DNA of 64,000 nucleotides from Laetmonice hystrix (taxonomy: Eukaryota). The notes below the pieces were generated by a model. The model did not search any database. It had not been told where the DNA came from and saw only the letters and a list, made by a program, of their open reading frames with translations. Positions 50,629 through 63,448 of this stretch are shown one piece after another; the stretch's first letter is position 1, and the number at the start of each line of letters is the position of its first letter. The stretch lies in assembly GCA_965235115.1 (NCBI GenBank), contig OZ249447.1:21080001-21144000 (forward strand), in the 5' to 3' direction. A program made the translations under genes and the position numbers.

Positions 50629-53600
50629 TGCATATATATATAGCCTGAAAACAGGGACACTAGGATATAATAGTGGTGCGGCGTCGGCTCCATTTACCAC
50701 CGCCGACGGCACCACCGGGAACCACCTGCCTGGGCGGATATCTCTGCCAGAAATAGCAGTAAGAGTGCTTCTATAAACCGGGGAATTTTATGACCAGAAA
50801 TAGATATTAACTTTTTTGACAAATGAATCATCAAATAAACACTTTCAGATTACAACAAAACGTGATATAAGTAAGATATGCTATAGTGTTCACGAGGACG
50901 AGGTAGACTATTGTGTGCGGTGGCGATGTATTTGTTGTTGACACATATTAAGGAGTGTTGACACATATTAAAGAACATGTCGGAGTGTTGGAGGTACAGG
51001 GTCACCTGGCTAGGACAACATGAGTGATGACACTGAGGCATTGGTGATAACACTAACCAAACCAACTTGTTCAACGAGAGAAAAGTTTGGTCTCCAATTC
51101 ACACACACACATTGGATTACAACCCCTGCCTGAATGTGTGCACAACACAGAAAACTGACCAGTGGTATTTCACACATACGGCATTTTGTTTCTGTGCTGT
51201 GAGAGCAGACTGATACAGTGATATGTGTGGTGTCCACTGAGTGTCAAGTGGTTGAGGTGACCACTGAGTGAGAGCATATAGTGTGTTGGAATCACTTCAC
51301 GATCCACATCCGTCATAATGCCTAAGTTACGCCGGAGTTGGTCGTGGTCGCCGTCCTGTGTGGCTCCACAGGCCACCTTTAGCGATGCATGGTATATTTT
51401 CGGTAAGTTTTTGTTCCATTCAACTCAAGCACCCGCCGAGCTGGCTCTCGAGCTGGCTCTCGACGGGTTGTTAATTGTGTGTTTTCTCCTTGGCCTTGTG
51501 GCAGTCTTCTTGATGACACAAGCGTGGTGATATGATATTATTATGTCAGGTAATTGACATGCTGTGGATTTCATACAGAATGTGACATCAGAATAACCTG
51601 CTTTAATCACTGATAAATTTGATCAGGTAAAGTTATTCTAGAATTTAGGTAGGACCAGAAGTAAAGAAATGACAAGGAACCTGAAAGTACAAGTGACCGA
51701 CGCTAACGTGGATGATGAATTTAATTACATCCTAAGAATGTCAAGTATGTGTGCCAGCCCAGAGATGAAAATAAACATGCCAGCCTGACCGTCTCAGAAT
51801 TATGTTGGCAAAAGTCACATTGGCAAATAGCATAATTAACCTGCTGGCGGAATTCACAAAGGATATATCTGAGAAACTCTTTCCTTGTACCTCACCACAC
51901 ACTAGCGTGAGGTCGAAGATAATATAGCCAGTTGTACAGAATCTATTGTTGTCAGGCCAGGTGTCGATGTTCCGTGCGTGAATCTTGTTGACCTGAGAGA
52001 AAATTGCTGCTCTGTTAGCTAGCGGTAAACTCTCAAAGTCCCAAGGTTTCAATTTAGGTTTCACTCCATTCAGTATCAGCTTCTTCACGTTCAATACATG
52101 TTGGCAAAGTCTCAAGTACCATCTTAATATCTGGTCGCCGTTATGTTTTGAATGAAATACGGGAAACAATAAGGTATGGCATATTGTAGCCAGATGGAAC
52201 ACGGCCCACTGGGCAGCCTTCACACACATCACTGCCTGGTGATACTCATGACAACTCGAACCAAACGACCTCGTCTAACATGTCACTTTAGTAGGAAACT
52301 CGAGCGGCGGCGTAGAATCAGTCTATGCACCAGCACACGCTGGCTCACAGGGTCATTTCCGTAAATTACCAGAGGAGCACAAAAAGTTGTCAGTTACGCT
52401 GTTACAGAATTGCATCACATACACAAGAGTAAATGTCAGGGCCGGGGGGTTCGAACTCCAGGCATTATTTGTGTGAAACAAACGGAACAGATGATGACAA
52501 TTGATGTGGCTATGTTTAATGGGGTTTCCGGTGTATCTGTTGAAGCCTACCAGCAATTTTCCTATGCGTGGACATTGTGATACCCCATAGCTAAGTGTGT
52601 ATGTACTGGACCGTGTTGTAATACATGTTGTACTCCCCTTTCACATCATTGCCCTGATGTGAAGGTTCATCACTTTAATGTAGGTGGTATTATAGACCGT
52701 CCAACATATCCTATCCAACTTATCCTAACTAGGAAATGCCCCTGGATCCTCTGTGAACGGACTGAGGTGTCCCAGCCGGTGGAACTGTATGACATTGTGG
52801 CTGTGTTAGGGGATCTAGGCGAACAACATATACCGGTAATTTTTTCCTGCCCGGTTGGTGTTTAGCAGAGAGCCAGGTCGGGAGGACTCTCCCCCGCCCC
52901 CTGCTCACAGCTCCTCATTCAGTGTGACAATGTCCCACTTGGTTGGATGGACGGACGGAAGGCTGCAGGCCATGGTCAGCCTAATTCCTACAGCTGACAT
53001 TATCATGGCACAGTCCTCATGATGGGCAGGTCAAGGTTTGTAGGTGGGTGGGTTGTCGGTTCAAGTGCGGGCCGTACCAACTGGGTGATACGATGGGCGA
53101 AAATAATGGTACCCATCGTGGAAACTTGTCAGGGGAGATATTCGTCATTCTCTGCCAATGGGTGCATCTTGATGGTTTCATAGACAGATTTCAGACCGGT
53201 GGAGCGGATGGGGGGGGGGGGGTTCTTGCTTTGGTGTGGTCAAAATCAAGCAGACGCTCAGAATGATGTGTCTCTTGGGAAATGTTTGATTTAAAGATGA
53301 GGTGGAGGAGTTTTTGCTAATTATACAAATATTTCTGAAACTTTGATGAGGACGTGTTTCACTTATAAACCGTTGTACTGAGACCGAAATGTACTGGTAT
53401 ATGAGGTAGACTATCATGAGTACACAGGTAGGTAGATAAGTTACGCTGCACATGTTGTTCTCATTTTCTTGCTGAGATAGAAAGGGAACTTTTGACATGA
53501 GAAAACCGGCGGTCAACTGATCTGTCTCCTTTAGGATACAAATTGGACAGGAATGGGAGGGGGAGGGGGGGGGGGTCGCATGCGACCAGCTGACTCTGGG

Positions 53601-55328
53601 GGCATGCGACACACAGCTGGCGCCACCTTGCGACGGTTTTTCAGATGGGGGAAATTCTTATCAACCAGAACAACGTGTAGGTTTGACAAGGACGCAGGTT
53701 TACTTCTAACATTGAATGAGGGGTTCATGAAGTGTGGAGGTAAGGGGGGGGACAACTTGAAAGTAACATGAGAGAGCCCTGTTTATTTTGTAACGCTTCA
53801 GGACATTTTCTCACGTGGAAAGTAAGTAAAAACTGCTTTTAAATAATAAAAACAAAAGAGGGGGAATATGCTTTTGAAAATATAAAAGGTATATGTAAAT
53901 CTGATATGGTTGAAAAGGGCCGGCGCTTTGGTTGCCTGCCTGGTTCTGTAGGAGGACAGAGTCCCGCTCATCTAGTTCTTCTGTAACAGCTGGGAACAGG
54001 TTTCGATCCCAAACCCACGTCACATCCCATCTGCTGTGGATAATTGCCCCCCCCCCCCCCGCAACGGAAGCAGCCGCGACGCCTGGTCAGGAAAGGTCCT
54101 CGCTAACTTTACCATGGAGTAGTGTTATTAATATACTGACTGGAGGGAGGGAGGGCGGCCGGGGTCAGGGTGGGTGTGGCGGGGTGAGGTGAGGGATGAC
54201 CGGTGACAGCTGTGGCCGCACCAACTCGAGGACCCACACCTTGGACAATGATATGAAACAAAAGGACGGGCAGCCCGTGTACCGTGTCGGAGTAGGAGAA
54301 GAAGACTGGTTTGGTGTGAGTGCACCTCTGGTCCGCGGACTGCCAGGGTGGGAGTATACGCTTGGTCGGTGCAGGGGATCCCAAGGATTAGTAGCACCTC
54401 GCTGGGAACTACCAAGAGTTGCTCCAGATTGAGAATACTCCATGTTGTAGCGTGAGTTGGAAGACGCCAGAGTATCCTATTCGTTAAGTTCCCAGTGAGT
54501 GAACCAAAGGATGGGTTCGTATAGGTCTGGGGACGTACGAGTTGATAGTGATGTATGCCAACATCACTAATGTGGAGTTATGATCAGTCTCAGGTCGACT
54601 AGGTGGACTGTCGGAAACTAAATGGTCCAAACTGGAAAATACGAGCTTGGACTGAGTACGTATCAATACGTGAACTGAAGTGGGCATGGAAAGCTGAAGG
54701 GAACCCTTCAATTTGAACACAAACGAAGCGAAAAGCATCAAGTCTTGGTGCTTAACGATCTTTTTGTCAAGTCTTCAAGGTCCAGTACATGTTTGAACAG
54801 AACTGTAAAATGTTGTTACTTCATCAGTCAATAACAAAAAGAAGCTACTCGTCTTCTGTTGGGACCCGTCAGGTCGGGGCAAAGGAGCTGTAACCTCATC
54901 ATAGACGTGAGTCTGTCCCAATTCCTGGCGGATCACGGCGGAGGGAACGGGAGAGTGGATTTATCCTGTGGGTTATCGTCGCGAGAGAGTCGGTGGGATC
55001 TTGTAGCCAGGGTGGAGTCGGTGTGACCGGTCAGAAGTGGTCACTCAGTCACCATGATGTGTCACAATGCCGCGAAGGTGTTCACTGTGGAGGACGTGCA
55101 GTTAGCTGGAGCTGTCACAGGTGACCCCTCTCATCATGTACACAGGTGTTGACAAAATATCCTGATACACATGTAGTTAGTTATACAGTACACAGAGCTG
55201 GTGGAGATGAGAAGGTATAATATCAGAAGACAAGGTCCATGTATGTAGATCGTTTAGATAAATCATGGTCTCTAACAGCATATAAGAGGCAAACGGTGGT
55301 TGACACGAGGCATGGTTTTCAATGTCCA

Positions 55329-55968
55329 GTTTGTCTAATCACTCTCAGATACACGTCAGAGTTTGTCTAATCACTCTCAGACACACGTCAGAGTTTGTCT
55401 AATCACTCTCAGACACACGTCAGAGTTTGTCTAATCACTCTCAGACACACGTCAGAGTTTGTCTAATCACTCTCAGACACACGTCAGAGTTTGTCTAATC
55501 ACTCTCAGACACACGTCAGAGTTTGTCTAATCACTCTCAGACACACGTCAGAGTTTGTCTAATCACTCTCAGACACACGTCAGAGTTTGTCTAATCACTC
55601 TCAGACACACGTCAGAGTTTGTCTAATCACTCTCAGACACACGTCAGAGTTTGTCTAATCACTCTCAGACACACGTCAGAGTTTGTCTAATCACTCTCAG
55701 ACACACGTCAGAGTTTGTCTAATCACTCTCAGACACACGGCAGAGTTTGTCTAATCACTCTCAGACACACGTCAGAGTTTGTCTAATCACTCTCAGACAC
55801 ACGGCAGAGTTTGTCTAATCACTCTCAGACACACGTCAGAGTTTGTCTAATCACTCTCAGACACACGGCAGAGTTTGTCTAATCACTCTCAGACACACGT
55901 CAGAGTTTGTCTAATCACTCTCAGACACACGTCAGAGTTTGTCTAATCACTCTCAGACACACGTCAGA
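55329..55968. repeat. Minisatellite, 32-bp unit, 20 near-identical copies
   Basis: Unit gtttgtctaatcactctcagacacacgtcaga; 640 bp equals 20 units. Confidence 0.98.
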
Positions 55969-57064
55969 ATACATAGAATTGTCTATATCCTGGCCTTCTG
56001 AAGGAGTATTGCGAAATCCAGTGGTGCGAATATTTTGTCGTTCCCTGCCTTATCTACAAGAAGAATATGGTGCTTACGGTATTTTTACCCCCAGAATTAG
56101 TTAGGAATCAAGCCAGTGATGCGAATAGTTACTCACTCCTAGCCTTATCAAGAAGATGGTGCGTAGGATATTTTTACTTACAGAATTAGTTAAGAGTCAG
56201 GCAATGCAAAGAATTAGCCGTCAGAAACGACTCGGAGCCTGGCGATACCTTGGGCGTGAACTGCAGGTCATAAACGACGGGCTAGGTTTATGATGGCAGT
56301 GAGTGGCTGTGAATGGTGGTGTAATGAAGCTTTGATGGACGACTAATGGCCAGTTTATAGGGATATGTACTCAGAGATCATAAACATCATAGCTTCACAA
56401 CCCAACAACACGTACCGCCATCCCAGCAAGCCCAGACTCAGCGCAGTATGATGTGTTCTACCGAGAATGGTTCAATCTATACTCTGAGGTTACAGTCGGA
56501 CTGTTAATAATATAACAGTCCCGAGAAATGGAGTCAGAATTCCATGTCACTACTTGAAATAACGGCTTGTGAGGAAATTGATCCGTCCTCATTTTTTCAT
56601 TTTTTTTTTCAAAAGACCAGGTTCAGAGTAGGTACATTACATTTACAGTCTAGGACAGAAGAGTGTCAGATTGGACTTTATAAGGCCTTTTCTAATTCAT
56701 CCATGTCCACTTATAAAGAATCAGAGATTCAATAAGAATGATAACGAATAGATAGTTACTGAAAGTTACGGACAACTAGAAGCAGGAAGCTGGACGAATA
56801 CAGCCTGTACAAGATTTAGGGTCAGAAGTTCAGAGGTGCCACCCACGACCCGACATGTCTGTCGGGTGTAAACCTCATTGACTGACTCCCGTGTCAAGTG
56901 CCCCAATTGCTTTCAGCAAAACTAGTGTGTCATCTATTTAGGTACTGGTGTTAAACGAGGCCAGGTCCTGTTTTTTTGGTAACAAAATGTACACCCAAAC
57001 TTTGAGCTGACATTTTTATTCTGACAGTAAGATACTAAAGGTCCATGCTTTGCGTTTTTTTCAG

Positions 57065-57248
57065 ATATGAGGCAGCAGCTGGGGGATCAGCTGAAATGTT
57101 TGGACTCCCGTCTTGACATGCAGATGGCCATGCTGATGGAGCTGCACGACTTCTACAAGCGGAGAGCCCAGGCCGAGATGGACTACAGCAAGAGCCTGGA
57201 CCACCTCGTCAAACAGGTCATGGCCAAACACAAACAGGAGAAACAGAA
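57065..57248 (+). CDS. SRGAP: srGAP-family F-BAR domain, internal coding exon (phase 1 in, phase 2 out)
   Basis: Acceptor ttttttcag ends at 57064; donor AA|gtgagt at 57249. Encodes (D)MRQQLGDQLKCLDSRLDMQMAMLMELHDFYKRRAQAEMDYSKSLDHLVKQVMAKHKQEKQ(K). By eye this matches the vertebrate SRGAP1-3 N-terminus pattern EIRAQL.EQ.KCL...LQDFFRKKAEIE.(D/E)YSRNLEKLAERF.AK. Confidence 0.93.
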
Positions 57249-57355
57249 GTGAGTACTTCTCGCAGAAACTGAGCGTCCTGCTTGGTCGCTTTCTATTCTG
57301 TGTGGGTGCAGGCTGTTTGATTTTATGGTTGAGATATTTGTAAGAGAAGCGAAGT

Positions 57356-57962
57356 TGTTGTAGTGTTGGAGGACGTGTTTGCAGGTCTTGTTGTAGTGTT
57401 GAAGGGCGTGTTCACAGGTCCTGTTGTAGTGTTGAAGGGCGTGTTCACAGGTCCTGTTGTAGTGTTGGAGGACGTGTTTGCAGGTCCTGTTGTAGTGTTG
57501 GAGGACGTGTTCGCAGGTCCTGTTGTAGTGTTGGAGGATGTTAGCAGGTACGGGGTACTGTTGTAGTGTTGAAGGACGTGTTCGCAGGTCCTGTTGTAGT
57601 GTTGGAGGACGTGTTCGCAGGTCCTGTTGTAGTGTTGGAGGACGTGTTCGCAGGTCCTGTTGTAGTGTTGGAGGACGTGTTCGCAGGTCCTGTTGTAGTG
57701 TTGGAGGACGTGTTCGCAGGTCCTGTTGTAGTGTTGGAGGACGTGTTCACAGGTCCTGTTGTAGTGTTGAAGGACGTGTTCACAGGTCCTGTTGTAGTGT
57801 TGGAGGACGTGTTTGCAGGTTCATTTTGTAGTGTTGAAGGACGTGTTCGCAGGTCCTGTTGTAGTGTTGGAGGACGTTAGCAGGTACGGGGTACTGTTGT
57901 AGTGTTGGAGGACGTGTTCGCAGGTCCTGTTGTAGTGTTGGAGGACGTGTTCACAGGTCCTG
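57356..57962. repeat. Minisatellite, 33-bp unit, ~18 copies, starting ~110 nt into the srGAP intron
   Basis: Unit tgttgtagtgttggaggacgtgttcgcaggtcc. Confidence 0.96.
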
Positions 57963-58348
57963 TGTGTCGGTGCTGTGGGCTATATTAGGCTGACACCGGC
58001 TTAGATTACATGTTGTCGAGTTTCTATTGTTACCGGGTAATACGGGGCCGATAGTGGCTGGTCGTCAGTCTGTGTCACCACCGCCATGTCTTGTATTCCG
58101 TCATCTAATCAGCGGTCCAGTTTCTGACCTTCGTCACAATAAGGGCGTCACTGAGACGTTGTTGAGAAGAACGGCAGGGAGGGACTCTACTCAAGTGTGG
58201 CTTGTTGTCGGTCGTAGTAATATTAGTATATTGTAAAATCTCAGTACATGTACCCCGCGAATTCATACACGCCCTTTTAGCTTGATAACTATAACCAAAT
58301 ATTCCACTACTCAAGAGGTTAATGTTCTTATTATGACTTTTAATTAAT

Positions 58349-58599
58349 CATAAAGCCAGATGGATTAATGCTCTCCAGGAATCTGATGATTTGTGAATGA
58401 AACAATTCAACATAAAGTCAGATGAATTTATGCTCTTCAGGAATCTGGTGATTTATGAATGATACAATTCAACATAAAGTCAGATGAATTAATGCTCTTC
58501 AGGAATCTGGTGATTTATGAATGATACAATTCAACATAAAGTCAGATGAATTAATGCTCTTCAGGAATCTAGCGATTTGTGAATGATACACAGTTCAAC
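58349..58599. repeat. 62-bp tandem repeat x4
   Basis: cataaagtcagatgaattaatgctcttcaggaatctggtgatttatgaatgatacaattcaa at 58349, 58411, 58473 and 58535. Confidence 0.93.
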
Positions 58600-60089
58600 G
58601 TTAAGGGAAGGATATCAAAATATTAGTGCGCCCGTAATTCATCTGTCAGACTAAAATGTCAGTGTTATATGTTAGAGTCCGAGGCAGGTCAGAGACCAGG
58701 AGAGACTACCGACACTCCAACACGGTGTATGTGTGTGTACAATATCTACATACACAACAGATTGACACACAAAGAGAAGATTGACACACAAAGTAGTCCT
58801 GTTACACATACATGTATCTAATTCTGGGTCGTGAACTGCCAACTCTGGTACTCTTTCACTCAGTGAGTCAGGACCTGACTCGGGTCCGATTTAAACCATG
58901 AGTGCTGTGCTGTAAACCTTTACTGTACTGTCTGTGTACTCTGGCGCCCTACACCGGTTCGTTTTGTAACCTTTTTACTAAAACTGTAAAAGAAATCCGT
59001 CAGTGTATTACAGGTTAACGTCAGATCATTTATGGAATTGTAAATAGAAACCTTTCAATATGTAGTGACATTATGCTCAGTCATTTATTAGCGGCAAACG
59101 GGAAGCCTGGCCAAAGACTTACCTGTCAAACCTTGGCTGGGGGTGTGGTAGGTTGAGAGTGAGGACGCCCCGGGTAGTTTTTGTGTTGGGCCGGGTTTTT
59201 ATGTACGCGTATTCACATAAAATTGGCTGCTCGTAACCATAGAATATATGATACACCCGGTGTGACGGTAGAATAATTCTACTGAATAGCCGTGATAATT
59301 GACCATTAAAGTGAAATTAAAAAAAAAAGTTTTTATTGCCACAGGCTGAAAACCAAAATGGGGCATACGAGTTTACAATAGGACTGGGTTAGTCACGTAA
59401 AGTAAGTTTATATTTAGGTCGATTCTGTGCCTTGTCTGGATCGGAGGCTACGTTTGGTAGTCACCAAGGGGACAGTATGTGGCCATTTGTCTTACACTAA
59501 ACCAGACCTAACTAATCCGTCAGTAGTTGATCCCCTCATCACCAGGTAATTGTCTACAGGTGGGGTCTGGAAACAGCGGGATTATTAGGTGTCATTGGTG
59601 GACACACCTGAGGTAGGCTGAGTGTTACCAGGCCGCCATGGTCAGCGGGAGGGAGGGGGCGGGACACTGACGTCTGAAATCACGAGACAAAGCGGCTGTG
59701 CCAGGTGTAGTTCTGTCTACTTCAGTACGTCCCAAGAGAAACTCAGCAAAGTCATGAAAAGAAGTCATGCGAACTTCTCACGGAGTGCAGATTATGAAAT
59801 GATAGGTCAAGCAAGAAACAACTTTTGTACCGGCGGCTGCTTAAAGGACATGACTACCTGGTATTAACATGACGATTGCTTTGCTAGTTGATTGACCGTA
59901 CATATTAGTGCATATTTAATTTTTTTTTTTAAACCCATAATCTGACGTAAACAGCGGCAGAGACGCTTAACTAACCTAGATTTCAACCAAAATACTATTA
60001 AATATAACATGACAGACAAACAGTCATTATTCGGGGATGGACCTCGTATTTACATAACATGTGGTAGGGGCCATTCTTCCACAATTTTG

Positions 60090-60166
60090 TTAGTGTCAAA
60101 TTTGGTTAGTATCAAATTTGGTTAGTGTCAAATTTGGTCAGTGTCAAATTTGGTTAGTGTCAAATT
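60090..60166. repeat. 16-bp tandem repeat x5
   Basis: Unit ttagtgtcaaatttgg. Confidence 0.93.
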
Positions 60167-62698
60167 CTAGTTCCGGACTGATAGGGAGCAAATCAAACCC
60201 CTAGCCTAAACTTTTAGGTCGTCTCTCCAGCATGTGACTTTTATCAGTGCATTTCACCTTTGCCCGCAATGTTTTCAACGTGGAAATTATTAGTATTTTC
60301 AGTTTTATCGGTACAAATTTATTTCTGTGACAGAAATATTTTAATTTTTGGTGTTTCCCTCTACCCTGATAATTTGACTACATTTAAGGAGAGACCTGCT
60401 GGTAACACTACCTTGTCAGAACCACCTTTCCTTCATTAACTATTTTTGTAACTTCATGCTTATTTAGTTAATTTTTTATTGTATTATGCTATATTTGTTT
60501 TCATTTTCCCAGGGCTGGTCCATTTGTGTAAGTATGACGTGTAAGGGGTAGCCTTGGTAATAGAGGGCGCTCCATACAACCACACCTGCACCCAATGCTC
60601 TAACCCCACACAGCAAACACTACAAACACCACAACCGTGGTCATGCTCATGAGTCATTATAATCTGGAGAAATATTTTACTGCTCCCTTATCATTTCAGT
60701 CCATGAAATAGTAAACAATTATCGGACATTATTTAATACTTGCTCTTGCTTAGTTGGCAAAATCATGAAGATGTTGAAATAAGCAAGCATTTTCATGCGG
60801 TTTCGACAATTTCTCGTAATTATATGACCTACGGTATTCAAAATCAAAGCTTTAGTTGACAATGATCACCAATTGATGAAAGAGATTTGTTTTCCATATT
60901 TCTGTATTTCTCCATGTAAAACCACTGACCCCAGCAGAAATATGACTTGAATGTAGCATGACAACGGTTCATGTGGACTGACAGCTTCTACTAGAACAAT
61001 GCAGGCGTGCAACAAGAAATTAATCCAGTGTCTTCAGCTTCCTACACACGCACTTCCCGGCAAGCGGCCATCAGAACGATCGACAGCCGTTGATGCCGAA
61101 TCCATGAATGCATTAAGTGCTGTACCCCCTCCTATCTTTGAAAAGCCGAGAGCTACCCTCCTTCAAAAACACCTCCTGACCTTCACACCGGAACACAGAC
61201 TTGTCTGGAAGTATCGCTCCGCTATTGAAATAATTCGTACATTCGATCGATACGGGGAAAAGACGAACAAAAAGCCAGCTGTCGAGGACAGTCGTATTGT
61301 CCCAAAGGTCATGCTGTCCCATCTTTCTTTCATGCACGAAAGTACCTGTAACTTGAGAAGAGGTTGGAAATTTTAACATTCCGTAAAGTTGTCATCGATA
61401 TAATTACCATGGTTAGGCCAATCAATTCATCAGCACATGTGAGAGATTTTCCAGTTATCACAAAACAGACAGTCCCGTACAACTTTGTCGCTTGCCTTTG
61501 TCGCTTAGTAAATGCGGGGGCCATATACGCAGCGAAATTCTGGTGTTATGATATTCTGATTTTGGTACCCCTCCCCCCGCTCCCGTGCCCTAAAACCCCT
61601 CTGTGCCTGCCCCCTCTGAGATACCACCGAATAGAGCCGGGCTCGACGAATGCCTGGAATCAATCGAACCAATCAATTACCGGGACAATTGCATGTCAGA
61701 AGATGTTATGTTTATTGACAGGTTCATGCAGTGTTCTTGTTTTCTTAGTCAAAAAAAAAAATGTTCCATACAAAAAGTGCCTGTTTCAGGGTGCGATAAT
61801 TGCGTTTCAGGAACTGTATTTGAAATTAAATAGTTTTTGTGTCATTAACTTACATGGATAGGATTTCAGTTTGTTGAGGCGTCAACAAGGATGAATAGTA
61901 TCATGGTGTGTTTTGAAGACACTATTGAGAAAAGCAACTTGACGACGTTTTCCAGTCGTATGTGTTTAGCATAGAGCATGCTAGTTTTGTGTGTAGTGAG
62001 TGATGGGTGAGACTAGAATAGTGAAAGTTTTTTTTTACCCATGCCCGTTTAGACATGGTTCATTTAGATATTTTTGCAATATTCCGAGTGTTTTTGATCC
62101 AATCTGGATAGAGGTTAGGCATGCCAGATTCACCAAGGATACCCCGGGAGACCATGGATATGATACTATCCTGTAGTATCCAAAATATTGTTACTTTGTT
62201 TTTCATTCACGGTTAGGGGGGAATTTTGAAAAGAAATTGTTCCTTTTTTCGCAAATTTAATTTTACAGATCACTTGTAACCCAGTGAGATTTGATGCTGG
62301 TTCAGCCCTGCTCGTCCTAGAGTTAAACTTCAAACGCTTAACATAAGGATAAGCTTAGATTAAGGAGATACACCTCGTAATCTTAATTTTGCTAAGATAT
62401 TCCCCTGGCTTATATTGTATCTGCAAGTCCCACAAATTTCAGAACAAAAAAAAAACTAAATCTTACGTTGCTTCATATGTATTTCCATGATTTTCCAATC
62501 ATTTATCGATGATTTTGAATTCAAAGTGTCTCTTATAGTGACTTTGACTGCCACACCCTTCTCCGTTACACGGGAGATAATAGCGCGTGACAAGAGGTTG
62601 CTGTGATTACCGGTAGATGTCAGCACAACGTTCTCTTGGTGACCATTATCGTAACCGTAGACCTGACAGTAATATTGACCCTACCTTTCCTTCCACAG

Positions 62699-62864
62699 AC
62701 GGGACATGTGGCCAGGTTACTCGACGTACACTTGCTGGCAGCGGTTGCTGGCCAGCACTAAGAGACAGAGCAAAGACCATCAGATCCTCTCCGATCTCTA
62801 CAATAATCAAATGTCCAGCAAGTTCACGGAGCTCATCGATGACACACAACGGATCTACAGAAAG
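62699..62864 (+). CDS. SRGAP: srGAP F-BAR exon (phase 2 in, phase 0 out)
   Basis: Acceptor cctttccttccacag ends at 62698; donor AAG|gtaagt at 62865. AA+A completes Lys with the previous exon. Encodes RDMWPGYSTYTCWQRLLASTKRQSKDHQILSDLYNNQMSSKFTELIDDTQRIYRK, resembling SRGAP CW.LLL.Q.KRES.DH..LSDIY. Confidence 0.93.
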
Positions 62865-63385
62865 GTAAGTCCACTTCTTCAAATGTTCTTCAACTTGTAA
62901 TAAAAAATGAAATCGCTGTTATTAAGAGTATTTGTGAAAATATGGGAGGGTTTCTGGAGAGAGATATTATTGGCGGGAAACATCTTGTATAAAAAAAACC
63001 CCCTCTGGCTGTTCGTCGAATGACAAGGGAATAATTAAATGTGAAAGTAATAACAATCTCCTGTCTATAAGAATAGAACGTGTATTTATCTGTGGTATGG
63101 GTGGTGCCTGTGTTTAGAGTGGGTCGTTATTTTAGCCTGTCTGGGGGCGTGTCTGTGCAGATCTCAGATGTCGAAGCCCTCCCCTCAATCTCAACCGACA
63201 ACGAATCGTTGCACCCGTGCACCCTTTGAAATTTGTGTTTTCTTCTTGGTCTGGGGACGTGGGCGAACTAGGATTGTGCAACGGAAGGGGATCATGTTCG
63301 TTTTCATTGCTAACTCTGCCCTGTTTTCACAAAGAACCACAAGGCGCGCAGACTGAGATGGAGTCATTTTATTTTTTTATTTCAG

Positions 63386-63448
63386 TGTCGGCAAATTGGA
63401 GTCGACAGTCATGAAGAGATCATTAAAGTGCTGAATGAACTTCAAAAC
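63386..63448 (+). CDS. SRGAP: srGAP F-BAR exon, 63 nt (phase 0/0)
   Basis: Acceptor atttttttatttcag; donor AAC|gtgagt. Encodes CRQIGVDSHEEIIKVLNELQN, containing the srGAP-typical KVLNEL. Confidence 0.92.

Larger units (their letters stand above)
1..57064 (+). other. Probable very long 5' intron(s) of the srGAP gene
   Basis: The exon at 57065 needs an upstream phase-1 exon. No exon encoding the conserved ...EY.xQ(V/I)K N-terminus in a compatible phase was found, and no other recognisable gene is present. Inference. Confidence 0.6.

Noticed and set aside
54520-54640. YAN...LSETKW, resembling a LINE APE endonuclease start
   Set aside because: The spacing is too short, the frame has several stops and no further motifs follow.
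59105-59135. Minus-strand CAG|GTAAGT
   Set aside because: It is antisense to srGAP with a poor pyrimidine tract, consistent with chance.
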